Below are positions 37,760 to 51,011 of a stretch of DNA of 64,000 nucleotides, piece by piece (within the stretch, counting starts at the first letter, position 1; every line of letters begins with the position of its first letter). The stretch is taken from the NCBI RefSeq assembly GCF_964204865.1, contig NC_135257.1, forward strand, positions 3,472,001 to 3,536,000, written 5' to 3'. A model generated the notes under the pieces. It did no database searches, was not told the origin of the DNA, and saw only the letters and a program-made list of their open reading frames with translations. The position numbers were made by a program, and so were the translations under genes. The stretch is from Styela clava. Its lineage: Eukaryota.

Positions 37760-40417
37760 TCAGTACATATAGTCTTTCTGGTTTAAATTCTGGAATATAC
37801 ATTGAGAAAATATGAGAAATAAAGATGTAAATCGTAAATGGTCATGTCGGATATATGTGTATTGGAAGCAGAAAAAATTTATGACTCTTATAACAATTTA
37901 TTTCTCTCCATGCGGAAGATAGATTCATCCTAATCTACATTAATTCAAGTTTGAGTTTTGGGTTTGATATGTTTGGATGGCATTTATTTGATAATCTTGC
38001 TTGGATTTGTGAAAATTGGATATTATATTCGATCGGATATTATTTCTATTGTCTAAAATAATTTTGCACAACACTATTGTAGATTTAGCGCAAAAGTCAG
38101 CGTACCAATTATCTTAGCATGGCGAATTAACAATTTTGAACAAAGAATATTTCGAAAATGGCTCATATCGGTTATTTTTTTAAGTGCATATTTGTTCCGG
38201 ACCCCCTTTTGGCATTTGAGTTAGATTTATGCAATATGAAATAATTTTAATTCATTATCATTGCAGAGAACATAGTCACGTATGACAAAAGATATAATCT
38301 ATTCAATTTATAGTTTTCTTCAACTTTTACGTTTACAGGGTTCCAGAGTTCAATGGATTTGGGATTCGAGAGACAGGTTCGTGCATAGTTTCTAATTAGG
38401 TTCTGATTCGCGTTTAAAAAGTGAGTGCACTCACAGATTAATTGTAGCAGGCTCACCTTCATTGGACGCTTAAATATGAATGGAATTCGGGAAAATGTTC
38501 CTCCAATTACTTCTTGGTCCTTAGGATGATCTTTCTGCGTTTCTGCTTTCTGTTGAATAAAAATCGTTATATGTTTGGCATATTTCTGTGCTAATAGGTT
38601 CTCGTTTAGATCAAAATTTGAAATTTTAAAGCTCGCATAATTTGTAACAAAATAATAGTGTCAGAAATTGTTGTCAAATAGACAGGGACTTTCTACTAAA
38701 TTAAAGCTTTAATACTTGATCGTGCCACTATACCTGAAAGTAGTTTCTTCTGATTATGAACGGACTGACGTAAAGACTTGTGCTTTCTCTCTTTCTTGGC
38801 ACATCCTGTTGCAATACGTTTGCATGAAAACAAAGTGTGAAATAATCAATTTAGCAAAAAGTAAGAAATGGCAAAATACTTTTGTGCTGTATATGTGCTG
38901 GAGCTGGGAGATAAAATTCCGATTAAGTATTAACATTTTTTCTTTGACTTGCTTTATGGCCTTAGGGAATACAATATTGGGAGTATAACTCGGGAAGTGA
39001 ACCGTTTCAATCAATTGAACGTTTTCATGAGCTACGTTTTTGGACCGAGCTCAACAAAAGCAGTCGTTGTGAAGGAGAGGGGCGTTCAGAATACTGAGAT
39101 TCTTATTTTTGAACAAAACCTTTTTTTTGCACTTTGCGACTGTGTATGCAATGTAAGGCTGGTACACTAACAAACAAGTGGTCGCGCATCGAAGGAACGA
39201 CACAATTTCAATGAATGCAAATAACACAGGGGGCACACAAATCATTATCATGGTGCGTATATACAGAATCTAACAGAAATAATTCACCATGATAGATTTT
39301 CTTTCCATTTTCATAGGATTTTTTATTCGTCGAATATCATCTTTCACTTCTTGAAACCCCAAATCGTTACCGTTGTCCAGGTTTGTTGATTCGTATTGCT
39401 CAATCAGTTGCTATCGTGTCAATGTAACAAAAATAAAATTCGTTACATAATATTAACTTTTGAATGATAATAGTTACTAGTTAGGTATTTTTCAGATTGC
39501 AATCATGAAGGCACCTGTGATAATATTCCCTCATTTTTAATTGCTTTGTATTCAAATATATACTTCATGGGAATATACTTTAATCAACTATTAATGTTGA
39601 GGCCTAAGCTTTAACTATAACTTATAATATAAATAACACCAAACTCACCATCTCTAACATATCGGAGACTACGTCAACGTTGGGCTCTCGATCGAACACT
39701 AAAATAAACATTCAACATAAATAAAAAGCATGTTATCAAATACAAAAATACAAAGTCGTGTACTAATAAATAGTGTGGCCCTAATTGAGTTCTATATATT
39801 TGTTTTCGAATACAAAATGTACTTAAAGCTTCAGAAAGAAAGCTGTAATCTATGGAAGCTATAAGATATTAAGTTGGTATTGTAGACGCCAAATTCATAT
39901 CCACGCACAGCAGTCAAGGGAACTCTTGAATCAAATAGAATAGTTATCTTTATTTCTGCTACAGCATCTTTTTATTATACGCATACGTATCCACGCGCGA
40001 ATAGGCATAGGGCAAGGGAAGGTAGTTTGTCTCGCCCTACCCCTGGTATTCACGTATTTAACTATGTTGTTATCGCAGGTTAAAACCCTTGGATCCAATC
40101 TCTATGATCACCAGTTGTCCTACGGTTAGTAGTCTGTGTTGAATCGAAAACTATGTTCTTTCAAAAATAGGAGCTTGTAAAGTATCAGATGTACAAAGGA
40201 CCTCATAAAACACACAAATGCTTTGTCAAGCTAGAAATTTAAACATTACAAAGTAATGTTGAATATATATCGGGATAGTAATTCGATAACATAAATTAAA
40301 ATGTGCAGTCTACTTACCAATAGTTGCACCATGGGTTGATACGATGAAAAAATTCTGCATCAAAATTATACCGTACACTAACCATATATTAGAACTTCTC
40401 GGCGTTGTTAGAAGCAT
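37760..40417 (-). CDS. Secreted peptide precursor (~131 aa), neurotensin/neuromedin-N-like candidate
   Basis: Exons 40417-40318, 39698-39649, 39410-39288, 38549-38457 and 37789-37760 splice in frame. Donors are strong (gtaagt, gtgagt, gtgaat, gtgagc). It has a signal-like N-terminus, an acidic spacer, RR/RK/KR sites and SRIPFIF-KR. The last exon is the least certain. Confidence 0.7.
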
Positions 40418-42545
40418 AACTTTCTTTCCTTGAATATCACAAATTATCAAATATATACTGTGCAATAAGATTAGATATTAGTATTGTAAAGATAATGAAG
40501 TTGATAAAAATGTTCATCAATTAAAGTATGTCGTAGCTGTAGTTATGGGGAACGCACCACAGAAGACAAAAACAAAGCGATATACATGTATCAAAATCTC
40601 ACTGCGACCTCGCAGCGGGGCACTGGTGAAGTTTCTCTCATGCCGGACCGTTTTATAGAAAACGTTTCCCCGCGAACTTTCCTCTTGATGTCGCCGCTTT
40701 CAATGCACATGGCAACAAATTTGTACGCACATAAATTACTTGAATATTAAAATGCACCACTCGACTCGATTTTCTGTCTCAGTGACTTCCTAACTGTCAT
40801 ATCCAAGATGGTTTTAAGATAATGGCTTATTAGTAGACCTTATTTTGAAATTTTATTTAAAATCATGGCACAGAACAAAGTTGCAGCTGAACCTGACTTT
40901 CGAGACTAATTTTATGACAATAAATAATTATAGTGACCAGTCTTGAAATCAATAATATAGGTTTCATTAATATTCGTTTTGTGTATTGAAATTTGCTTGA
41001 CGTTTGATCGAAAATGTGGCATGAAACATACATTTATGTTTTCAATCAATTTATTATATTTAATTAGATTGGGTCCTTAATATTTTTTTGAATATTTACT
41101 TGCCTCATCAATATCCTGTAGACGTCATGGACCTCATTGATAGAACAGACATTAATTAGCCTGCACATATACGGTATGTATTTTTTAATGCATTTTCACG
41201 TAATGTGACATCGAACAAGGCTTTGAACACAGATACTTTAAAAGAACTCGAACCTTTTACATTGCCCAATTCATTTATTACACTATGGGTAAAGTGAAGG
41301 GCATGAACATGCGCATTTATTAGTATATATTTCCATAGTCAATCTAGAGCTTAAAATCGGAATCTTGTCTAGAAACTGAACCGGCCCGCAGCACAAAATT
41401 CTCGATTTGAGGTACTGAAGTGAGCAAAAACAACACATTCAATTCTAAGATTATTAAGAATCTTGTCAGCAAGTGGGACGTGTTCAACTGAATTCCTAAT
41501 TTACAATTGTGCTTTGAATATTTACCTGATAGATAAACCCAAACCTGGAACCGACCTGAAAAGTCAGCCCACATGTACAACTCCATAACTATAATTTGAT
41601 TATTTGAGACTTTACCTAAGAAGTCTATTGTGTGACTTTTGAGACACGGAATATGCAATATTAAAAAAATTCGTGTTGTTCTTGTTCAGGCATGGTTATA
41701 GTACCAGCAACCTTCTTGAGTTTGTGTGTTGTGATATCATTTAATAATATGTATTATGAAATATATGAATTATGAACAGTCTTTTGTTATTCTTTCTTAC
41801 CTTATCATTACCCTAAACTACTCGTCCTCTTTTCTCACTAAGTCACCCATTCAAATCTGTCATTTGGTTTGTGAGCTGCCCAGTTTTATACATCGTGCAT
41901 AGTTAGAAATAAGTACAGTAGATTGAAACAAAGTTATTAAATAAGAATGGCCTGTTCATGCTGATCTTAGTGCTGAACTATGAGGTTATTACGATTTAAT
42001 CTATTATTGAAAACGGAACGACTTCCGAAGTCATAGAATCTATGTGGAGATCCAAATGAGGCTGAAACATCAAGAACCTTTTTGAAATCGGTTAAAAAAC
42101 TTTTTCATGACTTGTTTATAGGCAGCTAGGCAGCCTTGCCCAGTACGACCAACATCTTTGCATCCGCTGAGGTAGAAAGCTTATAATACTGATCGCCATG
42201 TGTACATGCGTACATTGAAGAAGCGATCGTAATAACTTCAAAATTTGGAGGTCAGTTTGACTTTACTCACAAAAATTGCATGACAGAACCTGCTCGTAAA
42301 ATGCTCTCTGATATGGTATTTAACATTTTTAAGTTTAACTGCCCTTTTTCTGTTTACTTTTAAAACTTCAAGAAATGGACTTCAGTCAACGGGCGGTTGC
42401 AATATCGCTGCATCTAATCAATATCTTTAATTAAAACAAATATTGCAACCATTTATTCTCTTAATCGGCCCATCATATGTCTCATAATGACAGTATTACA
42501 GGAAACGTATTTTCTTGAATATTTATTTAAACTGCAATCATGATA

Positions 42546-45500
42546 TCAGGGAGTTCTGTTCTGTGGTATTTCCTCAATACTATCCATTTCACCATCATGA
42601 ATCTTCTTCAATTGTTTATTTGTTATAGCGATTCCAATGATAAGAGTAATAGTAAAGAAAATTCCAAATGCTTTGATGAATTTTGAATTGTCATTGATAA
42701 TGAACCAGATTTTATATCCACATCCATTTTCATAAAATACCGACGACGTTTCGCAGAGTTGTTCGGAATCTTTTGGAAGTTCAACGCAACAAGATGATGG
42801 CAACACCATTGAGCTGTGCTTCGTTTGTAAAAATTGTTAAAATATCTGGACAATTTAGGTACAGATATACACTACAGAGAAAGAAGTAGCTAGTAATGGA
42901 GATAAAGACTGATATTACTAGAATATTACAAAATAGTTGTATCTCTAACAAAAGTACAGTACTATATGTTTGGGTATGTAATAGAGATAAAAGGTAGCTT
43001 TCCAAGTTTAAGTGAAATATTATGTGGCTAAATATTCTGTTGGTGCAATTTCTATTTTTAGAAAATGCCAACCTGTTTAATGAAAGCTGTGAAACAGTGT
43101 TCACCCAATTTTCATTTTTTGACCAATCCAAGTAGGATTTAACGCCACAGCATTCTCCATATTGCTGAATGTGATCAATGGGCTCTTTGTTCGAGTTATA
43201 GGTAGAAAACATAACTGAAAATAAAATTAGGAACAATTTGCAATATAGTCATATTTTGGACATTATTAAAAATCCAATAATAAAGGAAACCACTACATTC
43301 AATGGATGAAAACTGACAAATTTGAATAGTTCCTGCGTTTCCTACTTCCTAACGTTACAAGTTTCAATGTAATATTTATAAAATACCAAAGGTTACTAAG
43401 TTTTGTATGAAAAAATTAAGTTTGTTTGATTTTCCTTTCCTCAGATAAAAAGTTTCCCATATATAAATGGCCATAGACTTTTTCAATAATTGCGAATTCA
43501 AACGAACTTATTGTAAGCATTGTTATAACTTTTAAACCTATACTTTCACCGACATTTTTGTCACGATAATAAACCTTTTAATTGTAGCTTCTATCGCATT
43601 GGTGACCGTTTGCACTTTTCCGATCAATTCTGTTCTACGCCTTTTGCGCTTCGGACAATAGTACAACTAGAATTCGGTTGGAAACCGAAGACTTATCGAT
43701 CGAAGGTTAAGGGATCCCCCAAAACAGTGGTCTTACTCCATAGTGACACCGTGTGTTCCATCACTAATTAATTAATAACTCGCTAATTATATGACATAAT
43801 CCATCCAAAATCAATAGGCTTCTGATCCGAGCTATGATGAATGCACATGCAAAATTTGGAGCAGATTGAACCTCGCTTCAAAATTCAGACCATTTACAAA
43901 CGAAATAGAATCATTGCCAATCTTTTTTATTTATGATGTAACTTTGTCGCGTTTCTTTCACTCACCCTTTTCTAGAGCGATAAATAAGAACGGTTTTGTG
44001 ATTGAATTTTAATAATTTGTCCGCGAGCGAACAACAACAACAACAAGTCCAGTTAATGTAGTAACGGTAGTATCATAACGTTGTTATTTTCTTTTATCAG
44101 GCCATACAATATTTAACATAAATATAGTCAAACTCCTCTCGGTGTTCAAATGATCAGGTTTTGGCGTGATGTGTTGAAACCGCACTCTTGCAGAATGACG
44201 AATTATCGGTATATCCCGTTTACTGAGTACCATGACTGCAAATTGACTTTGTCGTTTTGCGATGTGTGCGATGTGTGTTCATGGAACAAATGTTGGGAGT
44301 ATTTTACCAAGAGCCTCCGTATACTATCGAACGTCAAGTCACAAAATAGACAAAACCACCTTATACTGACTGAGCCTAAAGTCACAAAATATGGCACTTA
44401 CATTCTACTGATTGCATAATTGTCATCTCTAGTGAAGAGGCGGCCACTATTGTTAATATCGTGAGTACAAAGTATAAGATAATAACAGCGAACAATACAA
44501 ATTTGAAGATCTGAAATCATCAAAGTTTTATTCAGTTATCATTGATAACCGTTATTCTATTTAATACATGCATTCTTACCATGCAGAATTCAAAAAAAGT
44601 TTAAATCAAAATTCTATATAGTTGTTGCTGTGCTGAGGCAGTTAGAACTTCCTATTTCGGGTAGTCCGTTAGTAAGTTTGCCGGTTGTAACTATTGTAAC
44701 CGAGATAAGTTAAGCGACTGTAAAACAAGTAAACTCCAAAACGCTACTCACCCTTAAACGATCCCGAAACGAAGAACAGTTTTGGGGCAAAGATAGTTGG
44801 ACAACTTACGCTTTATCATTTGTCTAGCAAAATGTCATTAAACTTTACCAGATTCAATATCGTTTGTTTATTATATACCATACAGTGTACGGAAAATATG
44901 AAAATGAGCTACGGTAATTCTTGTTAGAGCAATCTTCAATCGGGATTTCTCAATCATTATTGCTCGTAAAATACAATGAAGAAAACTTTAATTAAAGTAA
45001 AAATATATTTATATATAAAACTTGAGAATATATGATAATTACTAATGGGTCCTTGAAAGTAAAATGGTTTTCAGTCAGTATTTTACTGCCCTGATATCTG
45101 CCACAATATTCTTAGTGTTTTTCTGTATAGTCCAAAATAGAACGCAACTGAGAGAAAATATTATTGATAAACCTATATGGGTGATTGTTACAATGTATTG
45201 AAATAATTAAAATACGTTTCTCACCTTCAACATGCAGATATTTCCATCACGGGCTCCGTGCCAACCACATAAAGACACGAAAAATATTATCAGTCCCACT
45301 GAAATCGATATTGCAGATGAAGCCGCGAATACATTCTTGGGTGTCGCAATACCGGTGTCATCTTAAATTAAAATAATATACATAGTAACAGATTGAATTA
45401 GTAAGCAATATTCAATTAGGAGTGTATTTATTGTTAGCTTTTAAAAGCTTGTGTTCGTCGTAAGAAGATGAACACAATTTACTGGCTGCCTATTAGTGCG

Positions 45501-47203
45501 GGATTTCGATTTTTGAGTTTCAAAATAGTGATACATTGCTATTTAAATATCTAACAATTTGGGTCTCCAGCAGCCTCATACCGGAAAAATCGAGTGTAAT
45601 TGTGTATATCCGATAATTAAAGAGAAATGAACAGCTAGTGGGAAAATTGAAACTAAAAAATTTAGAACCGTGGATTTTTATATTCATTAGGGTAGTGTGG
45701 AACTTCCGAATCCCTGGGCCGGCCGCTTTTTTCGGGATATCTTTCACAAGATATCGAAGTGTGCATTTAGTATTTATTCACAATATCTGTGAATATATTT
45801 AGATCACAATCTCCTGAGCATATATGATACATTCTGTCTGTATATGAAAATCATAATAAGCGATAAAATGAAAATACAGCCATGATTAGTGACTCAACAA
45901 ACGGCGTCACACCACATCGTCGCCAGGGTGAGATTTCAGTGAGACTGGAGAGAAGTGAGAGCGTCAGTGGTATCTTCGTTTAGGTGACCGTACATTTGAA
46001 CCCACGTACATTTGAACCCATGTGTATATCCACGGGTTCAATCTATATGCGGGTGCTAAAACCCATGGGTTAGGGTTAGTGTGGGTTCAACTATCCGAAA
46101 AACAAAAAAAATTCCATAGGTGCAATAGCATACAGGTGCAATTGCCATGGGTTCAAATGTACGTGGGTTCAAATGTAATGGAACCCTTCGTTTACGGCTT
46201 TGGTCTGGTCGTCAACACTCTTCATGCCGGGGATCACGTTCAACTTATTTATCATGTTCTCGGCGGCTGTGAGAAATTTTCATGCACAAATACTCAGGGA
46301 AAATTAGCTATTGCTGGTATACTGTTATATATAAACATCGTTTCATAATGCTCGTGATTTCTTGGGCAAACCTTTCCATGACTTCATTCTTGTTCAAGAA
46401 TTGATTGTGGAAATCTTAACAGTTCAAACTCAAATGAGGACTAAAACAAGCTCTCGTTGTGAATATGAATGCCGTCTGCTACAGCCAGGTTGCAAAGGGC
46501 CTGGCTAAGCTTTCGATGTACAGTATTCGAGTTCTAATTGAGTTATGGCTACTTTTATTCCGCTGATCACGTTCGTGGTTTGTCTCGGAGTACTCCCACA
46601 TATTAAAGGATAGTATGGTATTATATTACATCAAACCCGTCGTTTGTCGCGAAAGAATTTGAGTAAACTAAATTGAAATGAACGATATCATACACGCCTA
46701 GCAGTAGCAGGTTCAGCAACTTTCATAGGTGACAACTTGGGATGCCGACCCCTGGTTTACACGTACGACATCAACTATTTAAACAGGATTGTAAGTGACG
46801 CATTTTAAGTTACTTAAAATCGTCACATGCTTAAAAATCTATCACGTTATTTTACAACACATTCATTGGCATCGCAGTCAAAGACCTGGAAACGTTCTAT
46901 TGCGTATAATGGATTAGTTAGTAGGCCGTGCGAGAAGAATTCTTATCCATTAAAAAAACTGTATTGCAAAACCTCTTATAAAGAGCCTTGTGGTCTAGAG
47001 ATCCGTAAAACAGCATATAAAATTAGATTTTTATTTCTGCTGCAAACGGTTCAATAAATAAAATATTACTCACCTAAAGACACTCTTCCTATAACATGTC
47101 CATATTTTACCTCGAAAAAAATACCAAAAGCAAATACCAAAATACCCGTTACAGCGAACATAAAGCATAGTGATGTAAAAATTCGCGTGAGAAAGCGCTC
47201 CAT
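42546..47203 (-). CDS. Tetraspanin, 5 coding exons
   Basis: Exons 47203-47074, 45361-45225, 44510-44402, 43214-43073 and 42813-42546 are in frame. Four TM segments, CGWHGARDG after TM2, and EC2 with CCG, DW, PSSCC, C and GC (6 Cys). Confidence 0.9.
43667..43880 (-). mobile_element. Helitron/Helentron-like non-autonomous fragment (intronic)
   Basis: The minus strand ends in hairpin ttcggtt-tcc-aaccgaa followed by CTAG then T. The other boundary is approximate. Confidence 0.4.
45983..46185. mobile_element. MITE with 9-bp TSD (Mutator/MULE-like) in tetraspanin intron 1
   Basis: Perfect TSD cttcgttta (45974-45982 and 46186-46194). Inverted arms are built from tacatttgaaccca repeats; internal gggttagggttag. 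Confidence 0.85.
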
Positions 47204-47863
47204 GATGCAATCCTAAACATTAGTTTTTTTTAATAAAACGACTAAGAACTACAGCACTCGGAAAAAACTATATAATTTAAATGCTATTGTTTCATCACAA
47301 ATCCCTTAACATTTTATTTTATTTTGCTGTTGTTGAGGCAAATTGAGAGAAAAGAATGCAACAATCGATATTATTCAATGGACATTCAGAATTCTCTGAT
47401 GTCTCATAGTTATGTAATATCATACCTTCCAATTTTCCAAAACACTTTACATAAAAATTATTTCAATTAATTTATTATGTCTCAAAGTTGGGAAAGATGA
47501 ACATTCTTATTTGTAGTAATAAAATATAAACAATACAATACCGCAGAATAGTCATAGCTAACATAAAATAATTCAAGCAACGTTTATTGAAAATCTACAT
47601 CAAGTAAGACAATATTCGTGCTTTTACCGGATCTGAATCGCTCCGCCTGGGCAGAATATAACTCCCGAAATGGAAACGAATTACAATCTCGAAAAATATG
47701 TGGCTCATCATAAGAGACATGATCAATTAGTCAATGATATCGGTTAGTAAGTTTACACCCCTTTTAATAATATCAAATGGTTTGACGAAGAATCCAAGAG
47801 AAGTTTATTTATGGGATGAACAATATGTTCAAAAAATGAGCTTATCGGCACGCGAATTAAAAG

Positions 47864-48766
47864 TTATTTGGCTTTCGCTGCTAATTTATTAGCAACACTG
47901 TAGTGGGTAGCATTGACAGTCAATACACCAAACGTTGAGCCATGTCGAAACTTGTAGCTTGGAACGTAGCCTAGGTATTTCGGTACCATTCCTTCGTGCC
48001 TGTGATATATGACGCCATCTTTGCGAGTTAGCCGACGATCTTGTGCAAAAGAATTCGGGCGTTCCCGAGATGACTCTTTGGTTTGTGGTCTATCATTGGG
48101 CCAGGCATACCAGTAACTTGCACCGTATAATGTTTGGGGATAACCCTCAGGATGCTTTGATGCAATTATGACAGGTTGCTTAATTGGAGGAACGGATATA
48201 TCGGAAAGTCTTGAAGACGATTTTGGAGTTTCTCGATCCAGCTTTACTTCTTGCTTCGCTTTAGACCTCGTTGCAGAGTATGCCGTTCTTGGGCGTAATG
48301 ATTCTTTTTTTAGCATATCTGAACTTCCCGATGCTAGCATTGATATATGTGATGGATGTGGACTAGGTTGCCTGTTATCTTGTGGTCGACCTTCTCTAGA
48401 TATCGCTGCTGGAGCTGACCTTACTCGATTCGAGGACGTAGGAGATTTAGGTGTTTTAGGATGTTCTGATTTATTCGAACCCTGTTGGCTTAGTGTATCT
48501 TCATCTTCAGGGCGGTAAAACCGGCTAGATTTTGATTTGTACCCTGTAGCTGTTGTGGGCTTCATTGGGCTACTTACACATCGCACTAGAGACCTGACTA
48601 CTTGAAGTTCGTGGAGACTGTTTCTGTAGTAAGGCACATGTCCACCATACCCATTTATCGGGTCTGGATTTGGCGTCGACTTGATAGGTTCGTCACCATA
48701 TTTCTTTATATATTTCTCATGCTGTTCTCTCAAAAATTTCGTGTAATCAAAATTCAGTCCCGGCAT
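47864..48766 (-). CDS. Intronless 300-aa FAM166/CIMIP2-like (PYG-repeat) ciliary microtubule inner protein
   Basis: Motifs INGYGGHVP and GMVPKYLGYVPSYKFRHGSTFGVLT, separated by an S/P/R-rich linker. Confidence 0.7.
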   Translation of the reverse strand: MPGLNFDYTKFLREQHEKYIKKYGDEPIKSTPNPDPINGYGGHVPYYRNSLHELQVVRSLVRCVSSPMKPTTATGYKSKSSRFYRPEDEDTLSQQGSNKSEHPKTPKSPTSSNRVRSAPAAISREGRPQDNRQPSPHPSHISMLASGSSDMLKKESLRPRTAYSATRSKAKQEVKLDRETPKSSSRLSDISVPPIKQPVIIASKHPEGYPQTLYGASYWYAWPNDRPQTKESSRERPNSFAQDRRLTRKDGVIYHRHEGMVPKYLGYVPSYKFRHGSTFGVLTVNATHYSVANKLAAKAK

Positions 48767-51011
48767 TTTTGAAGTGAAGTTAAGTTATTGGACTGACAGA
48801 TTTACAAATTAAACTAAAATTGTATATAGTACTATTTCCGCCTCACTCTTTACCGTTGTGTTCAAGCAGCGGATATATATTATCTGTTTTCTCTGTCAAC
48901 TCAAAGAAGTCTGCCAGTATCTAAGCTACCGACACAGCTTTTGAATTAACAAAACAAGGTGAAATTAGTAACATATTTCAGACGTTGTAGTAGTATACTT
49001 GAGTACTTAGGAGCCAATATTTACGTTAGAGCTGTTGTTGGATCGTACAATGATGTCAAGCTGAATTTATTCCGTGTACTGATTTCGCAAAAACAGATTT
49101 TGATCGTCAAAGCGAAATATGAAGAATTACAGCTAAAAAGTAGTTAATTTTCTTTTTATATTAACATGATACGGCCCACCGATGATGTCCCTGCGTAAGA
49201 GACAATTGAACAATAGGCATTTTGTGTTATTGATAGAATCAAATTTCCGTCTCGTAATGTAGCTTTGGAAATCTACATTGTTTAGAAATGTTTACATAAT
49301 CAAACGAATAGAAGAGTCGATGAAAGTTGTATCTATATATCCATGCTTATTTATAGTTCTGTTCTATCGCAAAGAGGTCATCTAATGTCATGGTTTCGCA
49401 GATTCAAAATGGTAAATATTCCGTCAGTAATAGTTCACGCCACCAAGTGTTTCAAGTCATTAAATAGTTGTTCGCCGCGGAGCGTTTTGGTCTTGAAGCG
49501 CCAATTTTCAATTACAAAAGTATCATTCTGTCCGTTTTTTCTTGCACAACGCTGAAATATCTGAGTCTCATCTAACCAATATCTGAAGACATTCCTTTGA
49601 AAGAAAGTAAAGCTTATTTCATTATACCTAAATGATGGTTGTACTTAAAGGTGGGTTATCACGGAAAAGGCTTCGAAGAACTGATTTTATAGTCAGTTTT
49701 TACCACCTAATTTCGTTTCCCGTCTGTTTGATGTAATATTTATTCAAAGTATGATGCTATCAAGTCATACTGTTATATAAACAAACATTTGACTGGCGTA
49801 ATTCATGCATTCCATGTTTTCATTAGCCATAGAATACGGTTCCGATAAACTGTTGAATATTTGAATACTGGAGTGTAGGGAAAGGATGAGTATCTGCAAA
49901 TAACGAGGAGAACAATATGCACAATATAAATGTTATATATTAGATAATGATTTAACTTCAATATAATGTGAAGATTTTGCAACGCTGGAGTTCGGTAACA
50001 CGTGGTATAAATTGCAGCTTGATCGGCTGAGCATTACAAATTGGTAAATTTACTAAGAGAGTGATATCGGGTTAAAGTACAATCCCAGTGATGGTGGCTT
50101 GATGAAGCAGCATTCCAAATTTAATTTGTATACGATATGTTCTCCAGTTCACATTGGTATTGACAACACAATCCAGCTGTCACCATTTCGAACTGATCAT
50201 TGTTGAATGATGCTGAGGTATGATTAAAGCGAAGATGACAAATAGAAATTCGTGAGGAAACATTTATGGACATGAATGAATTAGATATGATGAAAACTTG
50301 TATTTGTTTGGTGAAATATATACCACAAAATGATACAAAAAAAAATAAAACCTTGATCTGATAAACTGCGTCAGGCATTGTTGTTTTGGGCTGTGGGGCC
50401 CACTTGATTTTTAGGCTGAAACGGTCGTTTAAAATGGATTTATTCTTTGAGTTCCATGGGGACATCAGGACGGGTTAGTTGAGCAAGTTTGATCCATAGT
50501 TTTCCTCCTGTTTCATGCTCAGGGAATTCATATATATAGGGCCAGACCGTCCGTCATTGCTAATTATGTAGGAACTACCAAGTACACATCTGCTTGCTAA
50601 TCATTGAAATACCACAGCACATATATATGCTAATTTTAGTATAGTCTATATATATCGACTATATAACAAAATGACTGTTTACAGAAGCATAGAGCAAACT
50701 AAACCCACATGAAATATCAAATCTAGATGACTCGAGGCAAAAAAAGTATCCTAGTGCGTTATTTAACTTGAAAATATGTTACAGCAATAGATTAGACACA
50801 GACATCGAATATATTTTAATCTCAATTTGTTATGTTTACTTTGATTTCTAATAATTCAACAATATCATTTGAAGATATTGGTATTTATTTAAACCACTGC
50901 ATTGTTTGCCAAATGCACCGCCCAATAGAACTAGCATACCGTTCAAAATTAGCACATATAACGCTATAATTGCTCTTAACCTAATGAAAAATTACGCCGG
51001 CGATTTCTCAG

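Noticed and set aside
48168-48518. 116-aa plus-strand ORF
   Set aside because: Antisense to the 300-aa FAM166-like ORF.
50121-50215. Insulin A-chain-like CCQYQC on the minus strand
   Set aside because: The final Cys of CC-x3-C-x8-C is absent, and I found no B-chain or signal exon.
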